Below, piece after piece: positions 1 through 11,760 of a DNA stretch of 64,000 bases. A program made the position numbers and the translations under genes. Under the pieces are notes generated by a model. The model searched no databases, was not told the DNA's origin, and saw only the letters and a program-made list of their open reading frames with translations. Every line of letters begins with the position of its first letter. Position 1 is the stretch's first letter. Origin of the DNA: Octopus sinensis (lineage: Eukaryota); assembly GCF_006345805.1 (NCBI RefSeq), contig NC_043004.1:11656001-11720000 (forward strand), written 5' to 3'.

Positions 1-169
1 CTGTGGTATTGAGCAGAATATTTGCTGTAGCCCATCTTTTATACCAAGACAAAACAATGTACATGATAACACTTCCAATCAGTTAAGATCAGAAGCCACG
101 AGAGCCACTGCCTGACACTGCAATAGGGCATTTAGGTACTGTATCAGGGCATTGGTTCTGCATCAGGTC

Positions 170-171
<2 letters not shown>
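1..171 (-). mobile_element. End of a (TAA)n-associated non-coding interspersed element (same family as 27070-27618), cut by window edge
   Basis: 1-112 is near-identical to ~27494-27607; ends in three degenerate ~19-20-nt units (GGTACTGCATCAGGGCATT-like) then (ATT)n. Confidence 0.8.
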
Positions 172-223
<52 letters not shown>

Positions 224-240
224 CATTATTATTATTATTA

Positions 241-296
<56 letters not shown>

Positions 297-336
297 GTTA
301 TTATTGTTATTATTATTATTGTTATTATTGTTGTTA

Positions 337-373
<37 letters not shown>

Positions 374-390
374 CATTATTATTATTATTA

Positions 391-474
<84 letters not shown>

Positions 475-515
475 TTGTTGTTGTTGTCGTTGTTGTTGTT
501 ATTATTATTATTACT
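172..515. repeat. (ATT)n/(GTT)n microsatellite
   Basis: Direct reading. Confidence 0.97.
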
Positions 516-698
516 GACGCGTCACCGTCGTCGTCGTCAGTGTAATATCTTGTTTTTGTTGCTGTAATTTTTCATAGCCTTTTTCTTTCTTCTTTTCTTT
601 GCGTTGTTCTTAATAAATGATAAATTACAGCGAATTCCTTGTCCAGTTCACTTTCCTTTCCCTTTTTTTATTTTATTTTCCTCACTTCCCCTCCTCAG

Positions 699-767
699 CA
701 CGACCGACCGAAAATGACGTCAAGAATGCAAATCAGCTGGAATACCAACTCTTACCTGATAATAAAA
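699..767 (+). CDS. Candidate internal host exon, 69 nt (phase 1-1 reading xRPTENDVKNANQLEYQLLPDNK; phase-0 frame also open)
   Basis: Long pyrimidine tract ending CTCCTCAG at 698, donor AA|GTAAGA at 768, length divisible by 3, non-repetitive island among microsatellites; product not recognised. Confidence 0.45.
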
Positions 768-1085
768 GTAAGATTTACGGCACTAGAACTAATGACATTT
801 TTTTTTATTTGTTTTTACTGTTATATTTTTGTTTCTATTTTTGTTGAAATTCTGAGGGGGTAGAGTGGTGGTGGTGGGGGTGGTGATGTGAGTTGTTTGC
901 CTTTGTTTTGTTGTTGTTTTTAGTTTGTTTTTCCGCAGCAAAGAATTTTAATAAATGTTTTCGGTGGATTATTGGTTGGCAGGATATGAGGGTGGGTGTG
1001 ATTTGGTGGGGAGGAGATGGGTGTGACTGGAAGGGTGAGAGAGGGGCAAACGGCAACGTGCATAGAAGCAAAAGAAAAGGATATG

Positions 1086-1339
1086 AAAATCGTTAGAAAC
1101 AGAGGTTGAAGAAGAAAAAGAAGAAGAAGAAGAAAGAAGAAGAAGATAGAAGAAGAAAGAAGATGATGAAGAAGAAGAAGAAGGAAAAAGAGGAGAAGAA
1201 GAAGAAAGAGAAGAAGAAAAGAAAAAAAGAAGAAGAAAAGAAAGAGAAGAAGGAGGAGAAGAAGAAGAACAACAACAGCAAGAAAGAGAAGAAGAAGAAG
1301 AAGAAGAAGAAGAAGAAGAAGAAGAGAAAGAAGAAGAAT

Positions 1340-1370
<31 letters not shown>

Positions 1371-1404
1371 CGACGACGACGACGATGATGATGGGGATCA
1401 TGAA

Positions 1405-1473
<69 letters not shown>

Positions 1474-1910
1474 AGAAAGAAAGAAAGAAAGAAAGAAAGA
1501 CAGGAAACAACAGCAACAGGGTCAACAATAACCCCGAAACACAAATTCCTTCGCAGCTTCTCTAATCATTTTAGATTACTGTTATCCTTAGTATTTTCTT
1601 GTTACCTTTGCTGCTGCCGCCGCTGCTGATGGTGTTGTTGCAGTTGTTTGTCTTCTCCTTCTTCTTCTTTTCCTTCTACTTACTCTTCTCCACCATCTCA
1701 ATCACTCAATCGCCTTCTTAATCCTTCACTACTTTTTTCTTCTCCCTTACTTCTTTCTTCTTCTTCTTCTTCTTCTTCTTCTTCTTCTTCTTCTTCTTCT
1801 TCTTCTTCTTTCTTCTTTCTTCTTCTTCTTCTTCTTCTTCTTCTTCTTCTACTACTCCTACTACTACTATTACTACTACTCTTTTTCTTATTCTTCTCTT
1901 TCTTATTTTT

Positions 1911-1944
<34 letters not shown>

Positions 1945-2950
1945 CGAATTCCACATTCTCGTCTTCCACCTTCAATTTTCTTCTTCTTCCACTTCTTCTT
2001 CTCCTTCTTCCTCCTCCTCCTCCTTCACCACCACCACCACCACTATCCTCTTTTCCTTTCCGACTCCCCCTCTTCCTCCTCCTTTTCGTCTTTTTTCTTG
2101 CTTTTGATGTTGGAGATGTCGCTGTTGCTCTTATTCTTGTTGCTATCCTTGTTGCTATTGTTGCTGTTGTTGCTGATGGTTGTGTTAGCAATGGTGGTGG
2201 TGGTGATTTTGCACTCTGCATTTCATTAAAACCTTGTGAATTAGCCCCAGTAAATTAATTATAGAGACAAAAATTTGATGTGTTTGTGGTCTATTTTACG
2301 TTTCCAATGTTGGACATTATTTTGGTTAATGCCTCTGCTGCTGTTCCTCCTACTCCTTCTTCTCCTCCTCCTCCTTCTTCTCCTCCTAGTAGAAGTAGTG
2401 GTGGTGGTGGTAGTAGTAGTAGTAGTATTAGTAGTAGTAGTTGTAGTAGTAGTAGTAGTAGTAGTATAGTAGCACTCGTAGTAGTAGTAGTAGTAGTAGT
2501 AGTAGTATGTGTATCATCAACGTTATGCTCATCATCGTCACTGTTTTCTTAATCCTCCACCTTCTTCTCCTCATCATCATCATCATCGTGATCACCATCA
2601 TTATCATCATCATCATCATCATCATCATTATCATCATTATCATTATCGTCATCATCATCACCATCATTATCATCGTCGTCTTCTCATCATCATCATCATC
2701 AATATCATCATCATCATCATCAGCAGCATCATCATCATCATCATCATCATCATCACATCATCATCATCATTATCATCACCAGTTTCGTCCTAGTCGTCGT
2801 TGTCATCGTCATCATCATCACCACCATTGTCATCACCGTCATCACCATCATCATCATCATCACCATCATCATCATCATGACCAGCAGCAGCAGCACCACC
2901 ACCACCACCACCACCACCACCACCATAACCGCCAACGTCGTCGATGGCGG
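1086..2950. repeat. Compound trinucleotide low-complexity block: (GAA)n/(GAAA)n, then (TTC)n/(CTA)n, (GTA)n, (CAT)n/(CAC)n
   Basis: Direct reading; source of the poly-K/S/H/I ORFs. Confidence 0.95.
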
Positions 2951-3268
2951 CATTATATTTTTGGTGATTTATTAACTTGCGCTAATATTCCTGCTTAGTC
3001 TCCAACATAATGGTATTCCATTCACGAGTTCACATCAGAATAAAAACTTAACCTTTTCCAGTTAACGAGATATCCGTTACGTGGTCACAGTCCAACAGAA
3101 ACAACAGTCAAAATCTCCTCCAAATCACTTCCTGAGCTCTTATAACTTAAGAAAGATTTAGTGAAGTAATGTATTGACTGATATTCTAAAAGACAAGATT
3201 GTCACCACCTTGAAGGCCTTTAATCATTTACCTGTGTGATCAGGGATGATTTGATTAATGCAAAAGAA

Positions 3269-3445
3269 GAGGTGTAGGAGTGGCTGTGAGGTAAAAAGCT
3301 TCATTCCCAACCACATGGTTCTGTGTTCAATCCCATTGCGTGGCACTTTCAGCAAGTGTCTTCAAGCCTTGTGAGTGGATTTGGTAACGGAAACTGAAAG
3401 AAGCCCGTTGTATATATATATATATATATATGTGTATGTGTGTGT
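3269..3445 (+). mobile_element. tRNA-derived SINE family A, 5' half
   Basis: Head GGAGTGGCTGTG..GGTTC..TCCC matches copies at 13793, 20540, 29787. Confidence 0.8.
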
Positions 3446-3496
3446 GTGTGGTGTGTGTATCTATCTATATCTTTTTATATCTATCTCTCTATCTAT

Positions 3497-3716
3497 ATCT
3501 CTTTACACTTTTACTTGTTTCAGTCATTTGACTGCAGCCATGCTGGAGCCCCGCTTTTAGTCGAGCAAATCGACCCCAGGACTTATTCTTTGTAAGCCTA
3601 GTACTTATTCGATCGGACTCTTTTGCCGAACCGCTAGGTTTCGGGGACAGCCAGCATCGGTTGTCAAGCAATGTTGGTGGGGAGGGACAAACACAGACAC
3701 ACAAACAATACACACA

Positions 3717-3788
<72 letters not shown>

Positions 3789-5786
3789 ATGTATATGACA
3801 GGCTTCTTTCAGTTTCCGTCACCAAATCCATTCACAAGGCTTTGGTCGGCCCGAAGTTCTAGTAGAAGACACTTGCCCAAGTTGCCACGCAATGGGACTG
3901 AACCCAGAGCCATGTGGCTGGTAAGCAAGCTACTTTATTTCATAACATTTGCCATTAAGGCAGTACATAGAGTTATAATCCTCATTGAGCTCTTTCAGCC
4001 CAAGCGTCACGTCGAACTCCACGGCCTCCACAGCTACCGCGGAGGTCATTCGGGGTCCTGTGTGAAGGCTAAAGGTGCTCCCTTGTGGTACTTTTCCATC
4101 ACCTTTTCAATCTCTCCGCCTCTATGGAAGAGGATCAATACCTCGTTTTTGCTCGGGTGCGGGATATTCAATTCTTTCGTTGGCGGTACAGTTCCCGCCA
4201 ACGGTATTTCTTCTGCTGTCGGTGGCACAACCCCAACCGACGTAGTTCCGGGACATTCCGGTGCTATGTCACCGACAGCCGGTAATGTTCCATTTCTCTT
4301 CCTCTTTTTCTTTTTTTTCTTTTCAACTGAGGGAGGGTGCGTCTCCTCTGTGGCCGGAAGATTCGCCTTTCCCTCCTCATCCCTAGTATCCTTTGGTGAG
4401 CACCCATTGTTGCTCATCTTCTCTTTCGGCCTCTATTTGAGGAGTCCTCTGCTTCCTCGGCCGTATCATTCCCTATTCCAGGGGTTTCACTTAACTGTTC
4501 CGGGATCCTATTTTGTTCCCGGGGACAGTCTTCTTTATATGGCCGGACTCCAAGCACCGATGACACTTAGGGGGGCGACCCTCAAACATCACCGGGTACC
4601 TGCCCCGGCCATTTTCAAAAAATCTGGAAGAACCAGATGGTTGATTGGGTCCAAAGGGTCAAAATTGCTTTTGACCCAACCCAAGCAGCCGCAGGAAGAA
4701 CTTTCACATTAAGGAGCTTAGTTTCGCTGCTACCCAGACCCCGGCGGATAGTCTCCTCTATCCACTCGGGTTCTATCCGGGTGGCAGCCCGCAAATCCAA
4801 GCTTTCGTCAGTCTCTTTTTTTGGTACGTGGGCAGGAATAAAATTTCCTTACCCTCCAGAGGTTTACTAGCAAATTTGCAAGCCTCTTCAGGGGTGTCAA
4901 ATAGCAACCACACCGTTGCATATTTAACACCCCTGGAAATGAATTTAATTGTTGGCAAATACTCTGCCAACTCCTTTTCAATTGCCGTCTTTTCGAACAG
5001 GGCGATGGTGTCGAGTGCCTTGGAGTAGGTTCTCAACACCACCGTCCTATCTTCACGGTCTTTTAACCACTTTTTAGGCGGTATGATCTCCCATTCGAAA
5101 ATTTTGTCATTTTTCATTGCCATGTTTTTTTTGTTTTTTTTTCTTTTTTTTAAATATATTCAAAATAAAACTTACAAAACGAGAAGAAAAAGAAATCAGA
5201 AGAAAGTCACAATGAACAAAAAAGGAGAAAGTTAAATAAAGTTAAAAAGAAAGTCAATAACACAGCAAAAGCCTTCTGGCCATTCGGTACTCCCGGCCTA
5301 AATTGAACCCGGAACGCCGCAACTGGAACACAACTTCCACCAAAAATTGGTGTTGTTGTAAAATTGGTAAAAATTGTTCAAACTTCGGAGGCAAAACACT
5401 CCCCTATATAACAGTTTCACAATTCTTAAAGTTTTCACAGCACAATACAATTCTCATAATTAGGTGAGAAAAATATTCACTCAATTATCGAAGACGAATA
5501 CGCCCCCCAAAAATTCTCACATTCAGCGAGAAAATATATATTTGCCCCATGTCGGCAGAATCAGAATTCTGAATCCAGTAGGACTCCTGCCTGTAAAAAA
5601 CAATTTTCAACAAAAACTCCCACTGACCCAGAAAACAGAATTTACCTTACAATGGGGCTTCAAAAATTTTCAATTCAAGACGGCTTCAAAAGCACGTCTT
5701 CACCGCTTCAGTGCCAAACACAACACTGATTCGCACATGCGCAGAAGCAACCTGTAAGCAAGCTACTTGCCACACAACCACTCCTG
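3497..5786 (-). mobile_element. SINE family A, full length, interrupted by the Tx1-like insertion (SINE parts 3497-3935 and 5754-5786)
   Basis: 3' tail 3497-3715, central microsatellite, 5' body 3794-3935; head resumes at 5754 GTAAGCAAGCTACTTGCCACACAACCACTCCTG. Confidence 0.85.
3936..5753 (-). mobile_element. Tx1/L1-type non-LTR element carrying only a decayed ORF1 (gag-like, CCHC knuckle), 15-bp TSD
   Basis: TSD GTAAGCAAGCTACTT at 3921-3935 and 5754-5768; ORF1 from 5123 through several frameshifts; KCHRCLESGHIKK/DC knuckle split by a 1-nt deletion near 4530; no EN/RT. Confidence 0.75.
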
Positions 5787-5869
5787 TAAATTGCGTGTTT
5801 TTGTGTCGCTTTGAAAAATCGTGTTTTTTTTAATTGATTGTCCGAATTGTTTATCTATCCGGAGAAAGG

Positions 5870-6140
5870 AAGGGAGAGAAAGAGAGTGTGCAAGAGAGAG
5901 GGGGGAAAGAGAGTGAGCAAGAGAGAGGAAGAGAGGGGGGGAGAGAGAATAGGAAAAGAAGAGGAAGAGAGAGAGAGGGAAAGAGAGTGTGCAAGAGAGA
6001 GGAAAAGGGAGATTTGGAAAGAGAGTTACAAGAGAGAGGCAGAGAGAGGACGGGAAAGAGATTGAGAAAGGGAGAGGAAGAGAGAGGGAGAGGGAGACAA
6101 GAGAGTGTGCAAAAGAGAGGAAGAGAAAGGGAGAGAGGTT
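5870..6140. repeat. (GA)-rich polypurine tract
   Basis: Direct reading. Confidence 0.9.
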
Positions 6141-6364
6141 CATGTCAAAACAGAAAAAACAAATATTACAGACTTCACAGACGCACAGACAGATATATAT
6201 ATGTCAGAAGAACATGCACGGCTCCAACGAAAAGAGTGTTAGTTTTTCAAGGTCATTAAACAACCGATTGAGTAAGTAGGTCGATGAGCCATGGCTTACC
6301 TGGCCGAAACTTCGAGGTCACTATCAATAATACTTTTGGTTAAAGATAATATATACATATATAT

Positions 6365-6568
6365 TGTCATGTCTGGGGAGAGAAATTCTGTTTTAATGCC
6401 TTATTAATTAACACATGCAGCTCCGATAACTGACAGAGTCAACAACTGTTGAAAAGGTTTCAAGAAGCAACGGAAATTTTAGATGCAAAATAATAAAGGA
6501 GTGGAACTTGAACCGATGAATTTGTTAATTAATAAGGCATTAAAACAGAATGACTCTCCCCAGATACA
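6365..6568. mobile_element. MITE-like element with ~42-bp terminal inverted repeats
   Basis: TCTGGGGAGAG..TTCTGTTTTAATGCCTTATTAATTAACA at 6372-6413 inverted at 6523-6564. Confidence 0.75.
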
Positions 6569-6638
6569 GTAAAATATGCTTCAGTACACGAATTCACATT
6601 AAGAATCTTGCAAACCAAATACAAAATCAAAATATACG

Positions 6639-6698
<60 letters not shown>

Positions 6699-6742
6699 TG
6701 TGTGAGTGTGTGTGTGTGTAAGTATATATATATATATATATA

Positions 6743-7189
6743 AACAAATTAATAAATAAAACATATGCATATATACATACATATATGTACGTACCTACCT
6801 CTACATGTATATATACATGCATATATGTGTACATGACACCCATAAAACGTCGAACACAATGAGAAACGTAAACATAAACACAAAACCAAGGAACTGGACA
6901 TTTTTCTTAAACGACGAAAAAATAGAGTATAGGACATATAACACAAGGAAAAGGGGAATTTTCCTTGTGTTCTTTTCCTTGTGTTATATGTCATGCACTC
7001 TATTTTATCGTTGTTTAAGAAAAATGTCCAGTTCCTTGGTTTTGTGTTTATGTTTTCGTTTCTCATTGTGTTCGACGTTTTTTTTTTTTGGGGTGTCCTG
7101 TACACATATATGCATGTATTTATACATGTAGATGTAGGTACGTACATATATGTATGTATATATGCATATGTTTTATTTATTAATTTGTT
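6743..7189. repeat. Fold-back palindrome, ~210-bp arms, 18-nt spacer
   Basis: 6743-6953 is the reverse complement of 6972-7189 with scattered mismatches. Confidence 0.92.
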
Positions 7190-7234
7190 ATTACACGACA
7201 GAACGCACGCATCCATTTCTAAGTAAGTTTGTTC

Positions 7235-7283
<49 letters not shown>

Positions 7284-7342
7284 GTGGGTGCCTCAGCATG
7301 GCCACAGCTTGTGAGCTGAAACTAGATGAAATAAATAAATAA

Positions 7343-7413
<71 letters not shown>

Positions 7414-7414
7414 A

Positions 7415-7444
<30 letters not shown>

Positions 7445-7445
<1 letters not shown>

Positions 7446-8170
7446 ATGAGGTCTGATCAATAAATATCCTGACTAGTGCTATAAAATGAGACCTACAGCA
7501 CGTACCCATTTGGCATTTAATCTCCTTCAAAGTAGTCCCCTTCAGAAGCCACACACTTACTCCAGCACTGTTTCCAATGATTGGAGCATTCCTGGAACTC
7601 GTTTCTGGGGTAATCAACAGCTGATTCATCGCATTCACTTTGATTTCCTCGACGTTCTGAAATCTTCCTTTCAAGCGGGATTTGATTTTTGGAAGAATGA
7701 ACAGTCGTAAGGGGCGAGGTCTGGGAATACGGTGTCTTTCGGATCTGGAGAATGCTGTGCCTAACCAAAAACTGCTGTACAAGCTGCGTAAATATGCAAA
7801 TATGTTATCACCTGAAAGCAGTTTTGGTACAAACTTCGATACGCATCTCATGCCTAATATCTTCAGAGATAATGGACTGAAAAAAACCGTAACTTACCTG
7901 CACGTCCTCTGATAACTCACGGATGGTTGTTCGACGATTTTCCCCCTCACAGCTGCGCGCACATCTGCAATGTTTCTCTCAGATCTGTTGATTGCGGTAC
8001 TCCCAGAGGATTCTTCACTGTCGACATTTATTCGGGTCATGCACTATTCTCCATACACTTTCTGCAAGTTTGCGTAGGGCTCTGAGCAGGTATCGCCAAG
8101 CATTTGGCAAAATTTGATGCGACGATCACACGCTACACAGGTTCCTTCCGAGCACTGCTGTAAACAGCGG
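7445..8170 (-). mobile_element. Internally deleted mariner transposon remnant
   Basis: IKFC..LG HTH start, TIRELSEDV, MRCVSKFVPKLL, PYS(Q/P)DLAP-like motif, C-terminus CWSKCVASEGDYFEGD*; TIR-like TATGAGGTCTGATCAATAA at 7445. Confidence 0.85.
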
Positions 8171-8405
8171 GGATGATATAGAATGTTAAAATTTAGTGCG
8201 CATCCACAGCAAGCACAATTTCATATTTTTTTCAGCAGAAGTATTTTACGTACTCGTTTGCCATGGCCGGTCAGTGAGTAACAATTAGTTTCACGTTTAT
8301 TATTGCTCTTAGCAATATAGACTATTCTTAAACATGCTGGCCGAATACACCTACACTCTTTAGAAATGGAGATAAGAATACAGTCTTTGTTAGAAAGGTT
8401 GTTAA

Positions 8406-8440
<35 letters not shown>

Positions 8441-8508
8441 CATATACACACACATATGCAAACATAGATTTATAAAGAACATTAATGAACGCATCTGAAT
8501 AGGCATAC

Positions 8509-8549
<41 letters not shown>

Positions 8550-8603
8550 GTACACATACATATGATATAGCATAGTTATATTCATACATGTATATATATA
8601 TAC

Positions 8604-8642
<39 letters not shown>

Positions 8643-8688
8643 TATATATATATAATATATAAAATTATACTATATTAGATTATGTATG

Positions 8689-8741
<53 letters not shown>

Positions 8742-9224
8742 CATAATGTAATATAGTGTAATTTTATATATATATATGTTATATAATATAGTTATATATA
8801 TACATGTGTGTGTGTGTGTACACAACGCACATACACACACACACACACACACACAAACGAAGGAACAAAATTTGACAAATATTTCCGGGAAAGATATTTA
8901 TTAAAGATGAAATCGTATATGTATCGCATGAAAATGAATATGAACGTGCAGAGATTACATAGCTTCATATACGTGCTCGCCTATTTAAAAATCTTATAAT
9001 TTTGTTCTTATCTCGCTGAAAGTTGATGCAATTAGCTCAACATAATAAACATAGATCATTTCAAAAATGTTATCAATTGGAATTCATAGTATTCCTGTGA
9101 GGGAGTGCTAACTCTAAATGCTTCCCCAAGCGTCCCTCATCAGAGTGTGGTTACCGTTGAAAGGATAAACACTCATCTTTAATTCTTTTCTTCCTCTTCG
9201 CAGTAGAAATAATTTATTATACTA

Positions 9225-9600
9225 AGCATGGGTGATTGGTTAACAAGTTCACTTCGCGACGTCGTGGTTTCGATTTTAGTCCTACTGCGCGGCATCTAGG
9301 ACACCTTCTACTACTGTTCCCGGTTCAACAAATACCTCGTGACTGAAATTGGAAGATGGTAACTGAAAAAAAGCCGTGTTAGTGTCCGCGCTTGAGTAAG
9401 AGATCTTGTTATATTTTACTCTTGATAAAATAACCGGTCTTGGTTTGTTTACATCCCTCGTAAGTAAGTGGCTCGGAAACAATGAATAATAACCAAACTT
9501 TAAAACAACTGCCACGGATGTTCTCCTCGGATAAAACCATTCAAGGACTTCCCCGTCATGGTCGCAATCCAATGACTGAAACCAGCGAGAGGTAAAAAGG
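9225..9600 (+). mobile_element. Degenerate SINE family A copy
   Basis: Recognisable head, body and 3' AATGACTGAAAC motif. Confidence 0.65.
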
Positions 9601-10437
9601 AGAAGTATATATTTTGTACTAATCATTTACTGGAGCTCAACATCCCTAATTGTCTGGGATTTTTCTGTATCACTTTAAGAGATGTTCAATCGTATGTACG
9701 ACGTCATTGTAATATATTTATCGCTTTATTCTGATAAAGAAAATCAATAATTCTCTGGGATTGAGTAGAGGGCTGTATCAAAGTGTCACGAAATATGTGT
9801 CCAAAGTTGTCCTTTGTGCTGAACCGCTAACCTTCGAAGACTCAAGCAAATCAATACCAGTTGTGAATCATTTGGAAATGATAAAGGCAGATACAAAGAC
9901 ACACCTATAAACACACACACACACATACATACACACATGTACATGTGTGTGAATGTGTGTATGTGTGTGTGCGCATGTGTGTGCGTGTCCGCGTGTGTTT
10001 GTGTATACAGACACAGACAGACATGTACGAAGAGTGTTCATTAAAAATTTGCTGCTTCTGGTTTTTCAATGACATATGTGATATATGCTGTATTGATAAA
10101 ATTTAGTTTGCCTCTCAGCCACATCGTTCCAGGCATGACAAAGACACCCCTATAAACACACATACACATATGTGTGAATGTGTGTGTATGTGTGTGTACG
10201 CATACAAGATACGTTTTTCACTGTTGTTGCAGTTTGTCAATTTCGTGAACTCTTGCGTATATATATATATAAGAGGGATGACCACTACGTGAAGATCTAT
10301 TATGCTAGAAGTAGCTCCGCTATGGTCTTACCACTAAGAAAGGAATGTTCTCAAGAAAAATTTAGCAAACGCCAGAACGTAAGCGAGCAAGACAAATGAA
10401 AAGATACAAAATATAGATTAACCATAAACTAGTTTCG

Positions 10438-10477
<40 letters not shown>

Positions 10478-11187
10478 GTAACAGAAAAGAGGAATTTCGG
10501 TTGTCCCCACGTGGTGGGTTGTAATGTATATAAGAAATTGAAAAAGGAAAATACACACAGTTACATGGTTTTAATATAATTTTTAATATATCGACCGGTT
10601 TTGATATCGCTATTCACGATATAATGTTTAATTTATTTGAATATATATTTTTTCTTAAGAAGAAATTTGGTCCATGTTGTGTGTGATGAAATTCACGAGT
10701 GAATGACTTCACAAGTAGACAAATGAAGTGGGGTAATTGATTGTTATTATTGTTATTGTTGTGTGTAAGGGAGATAACTGTTCAGGTTTCGGTAATGGGT
10801 GGGGAATAAATATGTGTACAGAAAAGAGACAGGTTTTAAAAAAAGACCTTGTTTAGTAGGGGATTTATGTACGGTGATGTAATATGTAAAAATATAAAAG
10901 TTGCTTATGCGTGCATATTAAGACGTGTTTTGTATTTTTCAATGAAAAAAGTTTCTTTATTTAAGCGTTCTAGTTGAGAGATTGCGTCTTTGCACTGGTA
11001 GAAAAGGAAGACTGTGAAATTTGGTTTGATGTTACCTGCACATTTTTCCATGTGTTCACTGAGAGGAATTTGTCTGTATTGCGGGAAACGGAATCAAAAC
11101 AGTTTGATTCAAATTCGTTGGTGATTTTGAGTTTCAAGCGCGATGCTAGTCGTCAGCCATTTCGAGTTGCCTTCTTTCGTTTGTCCA

Positions 11188-11232
<45 letters not shown>

Positions 11233-11664
11233 AAGTAAATATATGGCACAACGAAGTACCGATATTTACTGGAAATAGCGAACGTAATAATACGACGCTA
11301 ATGTATAGCTTCACCGCGTATGTACTAGCAAAAATGCGTTTCGGCGTCTCAGTCGAGTGTAATGGCATTAATGTGGTAACATCTGAAATGTTGTTGTGGT
11401 ATATGTTTGGCTGATGAAGATAGATCAAGTTTATGGGTGCAGACATATCTTGAAAAATCTGAAACCTGCGCAGGTCCCACATTATCCTTTTCCAGGTATT
11501 TCATCTTTCAGATGTTCTCCCTGGAGGTAAGACAATTTTTTCTAGTTTGTTGCACACACGCATTTTTGCTAGTACATACGCGGTGAAGCTATACATTAGC
11601 GTCGTATTATTACGTTCGCTATTTCCAGTAAATATCGGTACTTCGTTGTGCCATATATTTACTT
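11233..11664. repeat. Perfect 107-bp inverted repeat enclosing a 218-nt structured spacer
   Basis: 11233-11339 is the exact reverse complement of 11558-11664. Confidence 0.95.
11398..11487 (+). ncRNA. Type I hammerhead ribozyme, predicted cleavage 3' of C11476 (GUC)
   Basis: CTGATGA 11411-17; helix II AGAT/ATCT extended by TCAAG/CTTGA and TATG/CATA; GAAA 11461-64; helix III ACCT-GCGC-AGGT; C17 at 11476; helix I TGG/CCA plus ATG/CAT after a 2-nt bulge. Confidence 0.82.
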
Positions 11665-11726
11665 TGTATATTTTCCCTCACGGGCTATTCTTTACTGGAA
11701 AGCAATACTCTAGCATTGCATTACTA

Positions 11727-11760
<34 letters not shown>

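Noticed and set aside
3789-4712. 307-aa + strand ORF
   Set aside because: Antisense shadow of the SINE and Tx1-like ORF1
5270-5320. B-box-like CCGGGTTCAATT in the Tx1-like 5' UTR
   Set aside because: No cloverleaf or nearby A box
6281-6310. Hammerhead-like TCGATGA-GCCA..TGGC-C-GAAAC
   Set aside because: Core C3/U4 altered, helix II out of register, no helix I/III
9095-9143. Minus-strand CTGATGA within a hairpin
   Set aside because: No GAAA after the stem; not a hammerhead
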